A program made the translations under genes and the position numbers. Below, in pieces: positions 27,939 to 43,252 of a stretch of 64,000 nucleotides of DNA. The first letter of the stretch is position 1, and the number at the start of each line of letters is the position of its first letter. The stretch covers positions 7,753,129 through 7,817,128 of the forward strand of contig CM082576.2 of assembly GCA_040954595.2 (NCBI GenBank), written 5' to 3'. The notes beneath the pieces are model-generated. The model was not told the origin of the DNA, ran no database searches, and worked only from the letters and a program-made list of their open reading frames with translations. Origin of the DNA: Balanoglossus misakiensis (taxonomy: Eukaryota; Animalia; Hemichordata).

Positions 27939-30900
27939 ACCAGTCATGCTCAGTCACTCACTCACTCACTCAACCTCCCACCAAGTCCGGTTCATCTCGA
28001 AAAGACATTCTGTATTTAAATGCATTTCGCACAATCCGCGCTCATTTGCCTGGCCAAATACTGATCATAGACACCAAAACACTCAGTTATTTTTTTGTTT
28101 ATAAAACTAACTCGTACCATTTTTGAAGGAACAACCATGGATAATCTTTGACGTAATTTTCAAAATTACCAAATTAATGATATTTGCATGTCATACTTAA
28201 CCCAATGTCATACTTAGACCTCGTTATATGTAGAACATTATACGACAAATAACCAATGATTTCAAGTCAGCGGAACAACATGGAGAACTGCCTAAACTAA
28301 TTAACCAATAGAAACAATGATAGCGAAAAACGGACCCTGGCTCCTCGGTATTGCGCATGTCCCAACCTCTGGCCTGGCCGTCCTTTTCAAAGCCATCGGT
28401 TTATTCATAGGGCTGCCTTGTACTTAAGTTCCCGGACCCCTGTGACCTGACGTAGCCTTCCGAGAACAGGTTTCAGTTAGACTTCCCGGCGATGTCCCCA
28501 GCCTAGTCGACATTTCATCCAAAATTAATGCTTAACGTTCACAAAAAGTTTCTGCATGTTCAACGCTTAGATGTTAGTGAATATTACGAACGAATTTTGC
28601 ACTCGATGATGTTAATCCTGCAAAATGCAGCCATTCTGGGCGTTAACAAAAACAGTTTTATATGGGTGAGGTTATCTGTTGACAGGTAGTTGAGTCGCCT
28701 CATTAGTGATTTAATTTACAGGCGTATCATAAAAAAGCGTGGCTCAGCCGGATCATGGTGCAGTGTATTTTTTCCGCTAACTTCCCCCGTGTATTGGCCT
28801 TGAAAGATACGTCCTTGTGAGACGACAGCCAACAAAGTGTGTATTCAATTACTTTCAACATGAAATATCGTTGAATACACAAGTTAAAATTCAAGGAGCA
28901 GAAATTTTCGTTACTTGCCCTTAGTTACGTAAGTTCTCCGTTTGTTACGTAAATTCTCAGTTTGTAGCTACTGAAATAAGATTAACAGTCTCTTTTAGAT
29001 AAAAAATAAATTCTACTGCCTCGAGTTGTTGTCTTTAACTGTATTTTGGCCATTTCGTGTGATAGATCAAACATGTAGATATGACTCGACATTCGGTGCA
29101 AATGCTGAATTGGAGAAATTAAAACCAATGAAGGGGTAGAAGTTCTTCAACGCTTCAGAAAAGCCCTTCATCACTCCGTGCAGAAAGGACAGAATTATTC
29201 AAAGCCAAACCGACTTCGGAAATGTAAAATAAATGGCCGTATGGTTTCGTCGGTATTCCTACCTTGAGTGATGCAAGTACTCGGGCTGAAATGGGATGAT
29301 TGTCCGATCCAGTTATGCGGCGGGTTGAATGTGGCACTCTTCGTGCAGTCAGCAGCGAAGCAACCTCGTATACACTCTGCAGTCCTGGCCGGGGGAGAAT
29401 AACGTTGCAACTCGTGGGAGACAGTCTGCTGTGTGTGCAACAATCGTATATAAACTGTATTTTAACACCTAGTTAGGTTTAATACGCATACAAATAGTAT
29501 AGCATTGACGTTAATCACCGTATATATTTAAATAATACTAAACTCACTGGGAGGAGCGAGTGATGATGCATAGGTCCACATACCAAATCTGATGAGTGTT
29601 GTAGTTTTTCCAAGAACAGATTGACAGAGCTGCCTGTTACTGTAATAAATACGTGTTTATATTTGTTTGTCTGGCTCTATGGATAGAGACCATTCGGTTG
29701 AAAGGGCGAAGTTTGGTTGTAATGTTTTCTCTAAAAAACGTCTTGCATGAACTTAATTGCGTGCTGAGAGTGGTATATCGAGGGTATAACACCGATCGTT
29801 CTGTTCACAAAACACCAACGTGAAATCACGCAGCGCCGAAAGCGTGTCAATCTTGACAATCCCCGCAATGCTTGGATTCTTTTGGGGGAAGGAACGCACC
29901 AACATGTTCCGGTTGCTAGTACACAGCAGTAGGCCTGGAGGCGCCAACAAGGTCAGGATTAAAGTAGTTCGCACCATCAAATTCCAAAGTCTTAAAATTT
30001 TCTCTCCCATTTTTCTCCAGGCAGCCTTAGATTATTCTCGCTTAAATTTGAGAACAAAAAAAAAAGGGGGGGGGGGGGGTCAACGTGCACAATTTTCAAC
30101 GAGATAGCAAAATTGACCCAAATTTGAAATACAAAATGGCCGCCAATCTCTGTGTTTATATTGTATGGAGAAAAAAAGTAGTGTGTTTATAAAAGCAATA
30201 CGGTAAACACTGTTTTTCTTCGGTTTCAAATAGACTTCTCGGACGCTTTAAATTAGCAAAAAAAATGATTTGGAGGACTACAATTTTACTGAAAATCTGG
30301 CCCTCGGGGCACGTACTACGTACGTACTTTACTTTTATTGCAGCGAGGGTTCCGTTCAAGTGGGGTGCCGCCCAAAGGTTATCACAATTAGACGAGGCAG
30401 GCAACTCGTTGACCTGTTGTGCGTTTGCTTTGCCATATACGTGATTATTCAATACTATGTGAATCACGTGAAGCGTGGGATGTTCCTATTGAATGTCCAG
30501 TAATTTCCCTTACTCTTCTAAAATAGAAATATCCACTCAGAAAGTACTCGTAGGATTTTAACGATAGTAAAGGTAGCATGATGGGGTTGTTTTGTCGGGG
30601 AAATATCTTTAAATACGTTTTAAAGTAATAATCGTGGTATTTTTTCATCGCAAGTTCATGTAATTTTGAATAAAAGTAGCTCTTTGCAGTAATTTGGTCC
30701 TATATATATTCTGGAATTCAAGCTCGATCCCAAATGTTACGCCATTTCAAAGTTTCTGAGGTGACAGTCGTACAAAATGACGCAATCACTTTCCATTGCG
30801 TTTTTGTCCAAGGGAACACTACCAGAAGGATCACTTCGCGGTGGTTCAATTTGGCATATTAATAATTTCCAAGAATTCCACACAGAAAATCAGGGTCAAA

Positions 30901-33900
30901 TGGTTAGATCACCAATAAGCCTACCGCACATCAGGCTGATTATCCTAAATGTACCCTTGCGTGTTTCGCGTTGAAATCAGCTGCCTAAAGAGCGCCCTCT
31001 TGGAGTGTAATCCGATAGCGACTGGGCGTATACCGCCCCTTGTGACCAGGAAATAAATGTTTAGGGTGGACCCTCATCGAGTGTAGGCAAATCATCATCA
31101 ACAATAAAATCATTATTTTATGCAAGTTATTGAGTACTCGAAAATGAGTTAAATTGTTACTATAAGAGGAACCCTAACATGTATCCGGAGTATATCTGAT
31201 TAGTTAAGACATTTTCTCTTCTGAAAACTGGTTGAGTGACAGTTCAAATCTGCCGGCTACGACGCGGCGGCCCTATCCAGTAACTTAACCACTATATGCC
31301 ACTGTCGAAAGTTCGGGCCACAGAAGCTGGACAGATCCGACACGATTGGAATTTTACTTCTAATTGCTTCTCCCTCGAGTTGCCTGCCGAGTTGCCTCGT
31401 GTAACTCGGCCTTTACTCAACGAGTGGTGGCTACGTCATCCTCTTGGATGACGGATGCAGATGGAAGAAAGCAAACACCAATTGAATTAATTTTGCTGTT
31501 TCAGGGAGAGCAACGTGTACGTTACCATTGTTATCTTTGGCAGCCCAATAGTCACAGGTTTTAATTTCAAAGCGACCTGCGGCTAGTTAAACAAGGCTAC
31601 CAAAACAACTATAATTGTATTGTTACAACATTAGAATCGATCACGCGCGCATAGAATTCCGCGTCCGGGTAACCGGTATTTATTGAAGAGGTATTGTTGG
31701 CGGTACCGGTTTGAGCCTTTAGGGGAGAGTCGTGCTGAATGCTGAAAATTCTCTTTCAGTGGTTAAAGGTCGCAATAATTTAAAAATAGAACAAAGAATA
31801 CAAACGTATTGGGTGTGTATGAGTAATTAAGGCAGTGTACGCAAACCCGTCCTTTACCCCAGTGCAGTGTGAGAATTATTGGTTCGCACCCCAAAAACCA
31901 AAACAAACATAATAAAACAAAAACACCAAACAAACAATAACACAAATAACCCAGCAGAATTAACAAATGTCTAACTGTAACAGATTGTCCCCGTGGAAAA
32001 AATATGTATATGTGACAGATTAGGCATGTCATCCAGTGCCAATAGTAATAAGTTCTTTACTATTAGCTTTGGCTGAGCTGCCTCATCTGTCACCCAATCA
32101 TGTCAACTACCTTGATATGCTCCCGCGATCACTTTGGGACTCTCGCTGTAGTTGGACTGACCCCTCTTCTCCACAACATATATTTTAAATCTTACCATGT
32201 CGGGGGCACCCCGTCACTTTTTACGCGACCTTTGACATCACAGAACTATCACCGACAGCCGCATTGCATTTCCTTGTTTAGTTATTGTTCGGTTGCTACA
32301 GCAACGAGCGAACGAATGCACAAACAGGAACGTATAAATAATGTGCAGCCTCGCTCGCAGCTGAGAGGGGCGTTGCTGAAATTGTGCTCACTTAAAATTA
32401 TCTGCCTGCGGTCAATTTCTCCTGAATCAAAATATAGTCCACCGAATCTGAGGGGAAAGGGATTGGTATGGGGAACAGGATCGTCTTGATGAAAATGCTC
32501 AACGTTTATATTTTTGGATCAGATAATTTATGTATCGATCGGACAGGGATCGGTGTGTGTGTGTTTCCTGTAGGTTGTAAATTTGCTAGGTATTTCCGCG
32601 TGTAGTTGTCCGTGCACCCTCAATGATATAACACCACTGCAGTATTCTTATAACAAACCTCAAGAGCAAACTATTTTTTGGTTTCATTGCCCTTGAGGAC
32701 TCGAGATCTTTGGCCAAACAATTAAAGGACACCAACGGTACGTCTTTCTATGGTTGTTCACAAATATACACAGTTTTACATCTTTTTCGCGCCTTGTACC
32801 GCTATCTCCATCCTATTGCACCTGAGTTTTGTAGCATTGGCAGCACTCACAGACACTTCCGGAAGGGGAGGACAAGTCGGCGGAGGAGGGAAGGAGTGGC
32901 GGGTGTTTGTGTTTTTTACGTAATTTTTTTTCTATAAAAATAATGATAAATAATTTTGAAACCCTTGGTGCGCCGTAGGAGGTGGGATACTTAAAATTGT
33001 TGAGGGTGCCAGAGTTATGTGAAGATGACAATCTTTTCCTAAATTCTCCCCTCGCCTGTGTTCGGTGTTCTTGGCTGTTGCCTAAGATCACGTAATATCG
33101 CGTGTTCGAAAGTCCACGCTAGACTGCTCTCACTCAGTAACGAGTAAGTAGCTCTTCAGACTGTCACGAAATGAAACCTGGTACCACCCTGTCCGCATGG
33201 TACGACACTCCCAAGGCCCAAATCATTTATATTTCTTCAGAATATTACTTTCCGCGTGATAATGACAAGCGTACGAGCACAAAGGACCATAATGAGCTCT
33301 TTGTGTTTCGGGTACCAGTATATTAAAAATACACATAAGATTTGATGGAGGAAGTTAACAGTTGCGGAAATGATGAACTTTCATAAATAGCGAAATGAAA
33401 AACAAATCGTTTCACTCGCGTTTTCACGCCAAGAAAAGATCGGTGCCAGACACGAAATTGACAAAGATTCCCGCAGCTGTCATCTCTGGTAACCATTTAC
33501 ATTCGACACCCTGTCGTTACGCGCGTGCCACGTACCACGTATCCATGGAGATGCGCAGATCAATACAAAAACTCATAGAAAGAAACACCAGCATTAACGT
33601 GTCACTTTTCACGTTCTACCGTTTTTGTGACCCCTTCCATGCTGGTTTCCGTGCACATGGAATAAATCATCAAAATAAATTCTCCGTTCCTTGTTATAAC
33701 TTTCCGTGTTTTCATCAAAAAATCGTTTTGTTAACAGATGTGGACAGGAGTGTCTTCACATATGGTACATAGCTGTGTTTTGGCATCTACTTTGACGCAG
33801 CTGTCATGATGGGGAATGTTTTTAGATTATTACAGAGTGGGTAGCTCCATAGAGCTCGTTACAGCTGTCTGCATACCTCTGTGGCAGCCCTTTGACCGTG

Positions 33901-36900
33901 TAATGTGGTGTTTGACTTCACATGTGTGCATCGGGTCATCTCAACTTGTGGTGATTCAAAGGTATATATAGTTACAGATACCATCATGGCAAATCACAGA
34001 TTTTCAGTGGGTAGCACACGCGTCGTTTTCGGACACAACTATACACGCAGACAAGGATATTTCTTCTCGTCTGTCCGTGTAAAGTACAGTACGCAATGCT
34101 CTCAAGTGAGTGATAGGATGCGGTCTACTGTTTCTAAATCTTGACCGGACAATAACAAAGCTCTCCTTGTTTCGAACTCTCACGAAGCCTCAAGAAATCT
34201 CCACATACTGCCGCTAATTTATCATGCTAAAATGATTTAAATACAAATGCGCGGAATGAAAATAAGATACCCCAAATACAGTATTATTTGCACTGCCTTA
34301 CCTCGTCCAAGATCCAGCAAGCTATGTCTGTCGCGCGTTGCTGCATTAGAATAAACACCGACCCCGGAAAAGCAAGCTCCTGTATATGTAAATCGCGATT
34401 TCTACTACATCTATCGATCAATCAATCTCTTGACCTCTTGCAAACACGATTTGGCCTTCGCTAATTTACGTCGATTTCTAGTTCCGTCTCACCTGATGAT
34501 AACACTCTTTAGCTCAAAGGTACTTCTATAAAAAAATCAATGTGTTTTGTGTATCTACAGCTAACAATTCGTGGCTGTCGGCGCCCCTGAAATTGGTCAA
34601 GTTTACTCCGGGAAACGAGCATAATTGACCATATACGAACTCTCAGCCCATAGGCTACATGTGTGCTGCGATAACGGCAATTATGACATTGGAGTTAAAT
34701 GATAAATTTAAAAATATTAAATTAAGTTTATAATTATAAGGTTTGGTGTTTGAAATGAAAATAAAGTTACATCCGAAGATTCTTGTCACAGAGGAACCAA
34801 CCCGTCGTATCCCAATATCGCAGGTACAATACAGTGATGCCGCGCTATTATTTCTTATCGTAATTGTTCAGTCCAGTTCTTTTCATTTCCTCCTAATTCG
34901 TTTCCCCCTCAGTTTCCCCCTCCTCGGAATTTTTAGTAATGGCACCCTTTTTTAACGCGCCGTTCATTATGCGTTGCCCTCGACAACTTCGCAAGGGATT
35001 TCCCCTAAAAATGTCAGCCCGCCACGGGGACAGAGAACCTAACACCTTGAACAACGGTTATGTGAAATTTACAACACGTGGAGACAACAGAGTTATCGCT
35101 ATTGTGACAGTAATCCAACAGTCTGTGTACTCTAAGGTCCCGCGAGACTTGTGAGTTGCCTGATTCGATGTAAAAGCTAGGAACTTCGCGGGCGAGTGAG
35201 GCCAATGTCACTCTGCTAGGGAAGTTCGGCTTTCAAGGAGGAAATTAATTCAGCAATTATTTCATCCTGGATCAGATATGATGGAAAACATGTGATGTGT
35301 CTGCTTCATCAACCACGGTCACGGTCATAACCTACAAGTCACGCAGTCAGGTGATGTTGGCGGTCACAGTGATAAACATGTGGCAAATGCAGTATCTAAA
35401 CTGGATAATCTCTTTAAAAAACGACTGTTCGTTCAGTAAATAACTTGGTAACAACGGGCCATTTACGCTCTGGCACACACTCCTGTCAAGTGGTAGTCAT
35501 ATCACGGGGCGCATGCGTACCATAGAGTCCATCGCCTGCGAAGACCACTTTTATTCTTGTCAATAATGCTGGGAACAATGGCGATGTGGTAGTGATTGTT
35601 CGCCTTTGTGAGGTCACGGTCCGGATGCGAGGTGCAAGAATTTAGGTTATGCCTTTCGCATAAACCCCAAGTCCGGGGTGACTTCCTCATTCCTGCACCA
35701 TGCCACCGCGCGGACAAACTTGGAAAAATTGTGATCTCCTCCTATTACAAAAGAAGAAAGTCCCTCATAGCCTAACATCGTAACGCCTTGTTGAAGAGGA
35801 AATACTATATTGCCTGCCTGCACCGCGCGGTCGCTCGACCGTGGTGCACCATGTATAGACTCTATTCTCCAGGGTTCGTGGCTATACGGTTATTGCATTG
35901 CGTTCCGGCAGTACATCCGTGTTGCACTCACGGAGAGTGACGTCACAAGGGGTGCAGACAAGCAAAACGTAACCCACCAGGCATCTTCAAGAAGCCATGC
36001 AGTGGAAAGTTTTTCTTGAAAGAAATCTGTGACTTTTAATCCCTGGATTCCCCTCCGAAAACTTGAAAGCAGGGCATGGCATGCGTAACACATTGTCATG
36101 AAGACTCACCTGGACAAGTTCTCAAATAAAACAAAACAAAACAAAACAAAATTAATTTTCTTAAATTCGTCCACTTAGCCTTTTTGAAGACTCTGAGTAT
36201 ATTGTATTCTATGTTATGTATCTACATGTATCAGTTAACGTTGCGCAAATTAAACTCTGACATCAATTGACCTAATTCGACCATTCCCAGCGAGGCCCAA
36301 ACAAACTTGGGGTTACAATGATCACCGCTTGTCAGTCACCAGATGGTCCTCATCCCGAGTAAATATTTAACACAAAGAGGAACCACAAAGTAAATTCTGA
36401 ATTACTCGTGCGAGTTCCTTTTAGGGTTTCTGAGAAATCGCAGGTGGGAACATTTTCTTCGAGCATTGCCGATCACCAATTTTTAATTTGCTGCCGCCGA
36501 AGTACAACATGTGGGGCGTTGGGGGTGTTCTGTATGGCCGTTTAAACCACAATGCACCGGAGTTTAGAATAACAACCATAGACCGCTGCTGCGAATGTCA
36601 GTTTTTTGTTTCATTTTCGAGAATACCTTTTCTATGTGTTTTGCGACACGTGGTTTTAAATATTTTCTAAACACGTGCAGAATCCTATAAACTGTTTCGT
36701 GTGTCTATCTCGTACCTTGAATCGCTACCTGGAAACAAAGAAGCGGACAGTGAGACCCGTGCTAATGTGTATTTTTCTGTTTTTGTTTTAAGGACAAAAT
36801 AATTCGTTACAGACCGACTTTGATTTCAAACAAGAGTTCGTGTTTCTGTGACCACTTGAGGGCGTCCTGCTTTGTCTTGGCATCGTAGGGGTATGCGGAT

Positions 36901-37228
36901 TCTTGCCGAAGCTCATCAGTTCGAGAGTTTACGGTTGAACTGGCATATACTGTATATGTTGACTTTACTACCACAGCACAAAGCGGGGACATAAACACTT
37001 ATCTGACGAGACAGGGGGCTTTACAAAGCGTTGGAACCGACTTGACATCAGCCTGAGAGAAGATGGAAACAAGCGCAGGTATTTATAAGTGATCCACTGC
37101 GATACATTTGTGAATGCATCAAATCACTAAACATAAAACTAGATGCGTGGGCCGGGGGCAACAATTAAACCTTTTCCAGAAGTGTTTTCTTAATCCGTTC
37201 TTTGCCGCCTGACCCAACCAACCATGAA

Positions 37229-37278
37229 TCAACCAACCAACCAACCAACCAACCAACCAACCAACCAAACAAACAAAC
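37229..37278. repeat. (CAAC)n/(CAAA)n tetranucleotide microsatellite
   Basis: Direct reading of the sequence. Confidence 0.9.
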
Positions 37279-38686
37279 ACTTCCGGTGTGACAGCATACG
37301 TTTGTAAGATTCTCATAAAAGTAACAAATTCAAGGTTCATGAATATATTTTCGTCGAGACTTTTAAAATAGGCTTCTTAACATTTTTGCCTCAACCGCAA
37401 TGGACAACAGTCTTACATTGTCAGTTATCAGGATATACATGTAGCATGATATTTATCATCACATACGGGGGGGGGGGGGGGGGGGCTGTTGAATACCGTC
37501 TTCGTTTGGCCGGTGGGGGCGTCTAACCACTGCGCTGCTGAAACCGCGGGGAGTTGTGAGACTGTTCTTTGTTTACGTTGCGACAAAATGCGTATGGAAA
37601 TCATCAGAAAGAATCTTTATCGGTGTCACACCATTAATTGGTATTAATTACGCAATTAAAAATATTTAACTTCGACAGTTGGTGTTGCTTTTTATAATTT
37701 CCCATTCGGAACAATGGCTTCTTTCGTTGACCGTCTTTGGAAGATGTAGATTAAAAAAAAGTTGATCAAAATCCAAATTCAATTTACTTTTATTCCACCT
37801 GTAAGTACGTTTGCTGTTTTTCAATATGTATATAATCACGTGTGGATTAAATCATTATTTAAATTGCAGTGCATGATATCATTGAAGCTAATTGGGTTTG
37901 ACTTGGAACTTGAACCCCAACCATGGACGAAAGCACGGAAGTTTTAAAATGCAACGAAGATACATTGGAGGAAAAGACCAAAGGAGAAAAGGAGTTGACG
38001 AGCAGTCAAAAATTAACAGGTACTGGCACTTCCGAGGCTATCTATTTAGCAACTTTTATTGATAGAACGTAAACAATTACCGACAGACCTCTCCCTCCCT
38101 CCCCCTCCCCCTCCCTCCCCCTCTCTCTCTCATCGTTTGGAAAACCAGATCACCTGAAAAACGCACGTCAATGCGCCATGTTTTGATGAAAAATATCTTT
38201 ATTTGAAAAAAAAGGATAGTATAAATGATCAAGGGGTCTTTCATGGATGTAACGCCTGGCAAACGTGATAATCAGAACAATGTAATCCCTTGTCGAAAAA
38301 TTATTAGCATAGCAGTAAAGTTTAGCCAGTCGAGTCTGTCATTCGACATCTTGGTTATAACAAAATAAAACTTTAATTCTACCTTGTATGATGTGTTTGC
38401 ACTAAAATAGCTCTATGCTGTTAAGTTTATTATTACTGACAAAATGAGAATGTTTTCAGTAACAGACTTTGTACTCTGGGGAAGAAAAAACCAATACCAC
38501 ATCACGCGTGAAAATGTGTCTATTCTACTTCTGTCGAGCATAAAGCACATGATCATTCAGAAACTCGTTTTCCTCGGCGATCATCTTAACCCGTTGATGC
38601 GACGGAGGGCTGTTGCCGTCTCGCTGTTAGCTTAAAACCCATCTTCTATATCCCTTGTCCAAAAACGCTGAGTTGTATAATGTTTC

Positions 38687-38947
38687 TTATGATACTAGAC
38701 TTGCAGCCCGACCCAATGATTGGGGCGCCGTCCTCGACGGCGTTTGGCTTGACCTGATCATGAGGTCCCTGTGTTGATCAAGTTGACGTTCTGTCACCGA
38801 TGCCATTTGCGACAAGGCGGTGAAAGGGTTAAGTCCACACGACAGAGAATGCGACCTCAGAACAAAATCCAGGCGCTCTTTCTCGTCTCGCAGTTCTTTC
38901 AGCTGTTCGTTCAGTTTCTCGTTCAGTTCCCGAAGTCTTTCCGCCTC
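38687..38947 (-). CDS. bZIP-C (ATF3/JDP2-like), zipper and C-terminal exon (absent from the ORF track)
   Basis: TCTTTTTCATTAG acceptor; EAERLRELNEKLNEQLKELRDEKERLDFVLRSHSLSCGLNPF...RAASLVS-stop. Leu heptads ending HxxxC. Confidence 0.9.
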   Translation of the reverse strand, partial: EAERLRELNEKLNEQLKELRDEKERLDFVLRSHSLSCGLNPFTALSQMASVTERQLDQHRDLMIRSSQTPSRTAPQSLGRAASLVS

Positions 38948-41900
38948 CTAATGAAAAAGATAATAATGATGATATAGTCAGCAAGGCGAATTAAATTATT
39001 GATTCCATACTTGACTTCGGAATTGGGATTTCCTTTGCTCGCCCGTTTCTGGCTCTAAATATAGGTATCGTTTCTTGCACTGTTTCCTATTTAATAAATC
39101 AATACGAAATTGAGACTACTCGTGTATTGGTGCAACGTTTGTTGTGACGGTACATCGTATCGAACAAGATTAGAACATAAACACGCCGACGAAACGTAAC
39201 TCACGCTCTGAAACTGAGCATGGCTTCGTGAGCGTCAGTGAGGAGTGGGTGGACGGATTGAATACGACACTTGCTTCCCCAAACCATGACATAGGAAACG
39301 ATTGTGCCGGGACCCTGATCTCATTTCCGTATGGGCATCATTTTTGTTGTTCCAGGTAAAGTAGCTATAGCAACCACCTGCAACCATTTGTGGGCCTTCA
39401 TTATAAGTTCTTGAGCCACTGGCCAGCGCAAAGTTTGCTTTGGCCTTCCGATGTGAAACCACTGAATGCGTCAACGGTTTTACATGCAGTAATATACTTA
39501 TTGATTTGGCCGACGTGCTCGAAAGCGCTCCCACATCTCTCAAAATCAATAAAATTCAACTATGTCGTGAAACTGTGCGGATTTGATTAGTTATGGACCT
39601 GAAAGCCTATAGTTTAGATATTTTTTTACAACGCATGCATTTCGAAGTTTGAAACCAAGATAAAGACGGGATATGCAGTGCCGGAAGTGGAAGGTGCACT
39701 GAATCTAAAAAATGATTCATTGCGAGAATTTGCTTTTTTTCGACACCATTTTCGATAACGATTTGGTCTTCCCGAACAGATTACGATTTCCGTACATAAA
39801 AAAATTCCGAGAAGATTTGCAACTTATGCCACCACGTCGTGAGCTTGTAAGATTTGATGTTGCCTAATTATGGAATAGCCTAGATTTATCAAGTTTCAGA
39901 TCTGTCATTCGTGATTCATATGTTATTGATGTCTTCTCAAGTTTCAGTCACAAATATGAAAATCCATAATAAGTAGCGTGAATAGTTAGAAAGATAACAT
40001 ACAATAATCAAACCAAGCCTGTCAGTATCGATCTTGTCCGTCGCTGACACAGACGGGTTATATATACATGTATGTAGATACACGTAGCTAGCTCTGTTCA
40101 CTTGAAAAATAGTGACCAAGCGTGATGACATAGTATTTCTTGTTAGATCATTGAATAAGATATATTTTTTCGGGATGTTTGTGTCAATGTTGAGGAAATC
40201 ACTGACAAACCACCATTACCTCATATCACGGTGTCTGGCTCAACTTAATACAACTTGTGACGGTTTATATGGAAAAAACATGACGCCATAAAGGATGTGA
40301 ATATTGTGGGAAACGCGAGCATTAAAGGTTTTGCTGATTCATGAGACTTTTGATGAGTGAAGGAAGAGTCACTGTAGTAAATCGAAATATGACAAAATAC
40401 GGGTTTCTTGCGAGATGTCTAAAATAGCCAGTCAATAATCGTGTATGTTTAACATCACCGTCATGAGTGATGTCATCGACAGCGGCGTTAGCATCATCGA
40501 TTTCCATCATTTCGAAATGAAGCGTTCGGAAATCCCCTTGAACATAGACAAAGTACAGTGCGTCCATGCAACGACGTCATTTACGGCCAGTTATAGATTT
40601 TGTAGTCTGCTTTCTCCCGCTTTTGTGCGAGTGCAAAAAGACATGCGCACACTGAGTACTAAGTTTGCGCACATCGGTCACCACGTGATTCTCACACGGG
40701 CCTGGATTCTAGTCATGTCCTGGATTTTGGGGTCAAGTTTCACTGGCCATTCAAGAAGACTGTCTTTTTCATGATGACGTCAGCACAGTCGGAAATATCA
40801 AGACAAGTGTTCACGTGTTCCATACTTTCACTTTTGTTTGCGATTGTGACTTCATTACCAACTGCATCGTTGAGCATATTGAAAGAAATCGGCGTTGCCT
40901 TGCATTTAGCCCGCCGTCGCGAGAGGATCTAGGGTCACGATTTCCACGAAAGTTCAAGTCTGTAATGCTCATCTTTCCGCACAAATACTTGTCTGTATAA
41001 TTGTAAGTTCACAGTGTCAAAAACTGTTTAAAATTCACACATTTGACAAAACTACACGGGTCGTGGTTTGCAAGTAACTTTTGTACCTGATTGCACTTTG
41101 GGACGCCTACACTAGTTTAAAATTTACTTGACGAGTACATTTCCAGACTTGTTTGTCAGACTTTTATTTCATTTTAAAGCTGTTTGTCTGATGAAATTGT
41201 CGGTCACATGAGTTGTACAAACCTAAAAAAACAATCGGTTCACCCATGTGACCGCGGTCACATGGCTGCCGTCAACAATGAAATGACTCATTTATTTGTT
41301 TGACCCTACGCTTTATACAATGGTATAAAGTATTGCGCATGCTTTAACCGCCCACGGCGTAGGTTATTTATAGCAGGGGATTGTCCTCGCCGAGTTTGGG
41401 TACCCTGGAAACTCGGCTTTATTAAAAGCGGTTGACGGGACCGTGGGGCAAACAGAAACGAGAGTAAATGTCGCCGTCTCGGAGAATCGGGGCCCTGAAT
41501 TCAACAAGCAGCACCGCGTTTATGTCACCGATAACTTATCTTGTCGGTGTCAGATTCCACGCGAAATTCGTGCTGTCAGATACCCTCAGTTCAGATGCCC
41601 GAACAACAACTCTAACGATCAGAGTTGAATCGAGGTCAGTAAGCGCCCACACGCTCGTTCAAAAAATAACATTTTAAGTATGGTGGTTTAAGATACGCAA
41701 ACCCCCATTCCCACAACGGTTCAGATGGATTGTTCCGCTACATAGCAAACCAACTACTCCGTGCGTTGACGTACGGCCAACTTTGCAACTTCGCTCGGAC
41801 CGTCTTCTAATGTCGAAAGCAGGGTGACCCCGTGGCCCTGGCTCCCTGCCCACGTGTTGCCTACTACCAGTAGTACCAATACACGCAGCGCAGATACATT

Positions 41901-42266
41901 GCCCACAGGTGAAGGTCGAGTCGCCAACCCCCACCCTACCCCGGCCCACTCCACCCAATGCTGCTGACTGAAAGGGGAGCTCCCCACATGCTGGAAACAC
42001 GTGTGAACCGTATGATTGTGCGAAAAACGAGAAGAGCAAATCGTTTGTATGGTTTAAGCGAAAGTGAAACTCCAGCCTGTCACACGCGAATGTCATGTCA
42101 CATGGCAGCTGACCCACTTTGAATTATCCGAGAGAAATCAATGTGGCACTCTCTGATCCACACGCACACTGAGTAGGACACTTGCCCAAACTCAAATTCA
42201 CCTCGGAACAGGATTGGAGAGCGGCATACGGGGAAACTGTGATTGCGTCAGCAAAAACTTTCTTAC

Positions 42267-42374
42267 CTCTGCAAGGTATACTTCTCGTGCCTTCTTCTTC
42301 ATTCTGCATTTTGCTGCAGCTGATCTGTTCCTCAGTCGACGTATTTTCAAGCGTTCCTCGTCTTCGACGGAGTA
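42267..42374 (-). CDS. bZIP-C, basic-region exon (108 nt)
   Basis: TTTTATTTTAG acceptor and GAG|GTAAGA donor; YSVEDEERLKIRRLRNRSAAAKCRMKKKAREVYLAE. Confidence 0.93.
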
Positions 42375-42518
42375 CTAAAATAAAATGAAAATATACATTA
42401 ATATACATGTATATAGTATATATCATCAGAGTACTAAATTAAAATGAAAGGATATATATGTGTGGAAGTGTTGAAAAGAAGAAAATATCTTGTGTATCGT
42501 AGTTAGCTGAACGGTCAC

Positions 42519-42692
42519 CTCTTCTGGTTTTTCTAGCAAATGCAACTTTGGAATCGGTGCTGTCATTGTAGCGTCCTTCAGTGCGGTTATGTAAAGCCTG
42601 TGATCAGAGTGGACGAACTTCCAGTGTTTGTGTCCCGGTGCGTTGCTGGATCGAAGACTGGCTTCTCCAGGTGCTAGCAGCTGTTGTTTCAT
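42519..42692 (-). CDS. bZIP-C, possible alternative proximal first exon
   Basis: MKQQLLAPG...LEKPEE ends GAG|GTGACC in phase 0, 144 nt from the basic exon. A TATAAA-like box near 42736-42741 and an AP-1 site at 42810 lie just upstream. Confidence 0.4.
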
Positions 42693-43252
42693 CGTCTTAT
42701 GTCACTTGAAAATCCCGTGATATCGATAGTGCACGTTTATAACCCAAAAAAGAATATGCAAAAAGTCTTCTGACCCACGCAATCCGAGGGCGCCCTCAGC
42801 TCTGCCGGATGACTCATGCCTTAGGATTCCGTGACCGTTGACCTCGGACAGCGTAGGCTGAAACAAGTGGGTCGTGGGTATTGGTTTTGCCTTTTAAGTC
42901 GTGTTTTTTGAAAGCCCAGGTTGCTTCGGACCGAAAAATCAATTACATTGTGTCCTTAAAATGCCTCATCTCATGTAACCCACTTCGTATATAGGCCAAT
43001 GTCAGCGTCAAGTACGTCGCGTACATTGCATTGCAGAAGATCGAAACTTCTGCTATGTGAAGTCAGTGTTTGTAGGTAACAGATCACCCAAAAATCCATC
43101 CCCGTTATTTGATTGAACCGGGGGGGGGGGGGGGGGGGTTGGAACTAAGCGTTTGTCACCTACCAAGAAATGTCTCACTGGTAATTCAGATATTAGAAGG
43201 TTTGGTCTAATTGTGCGGCTCGGTAAAACCAAAATCAGCATGGCCAGTAGAG

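Noticed and set aside
30060-30260. Dispersed repeat-like segment (AAAATGGCCGCCAAT core, reverse copy near 55355-55372), and SINE-like fragments near 10620, 37500 and 50700
   Set aside because: Probably transposon remnants, but boundaries and family cannot be established without a repeat library.
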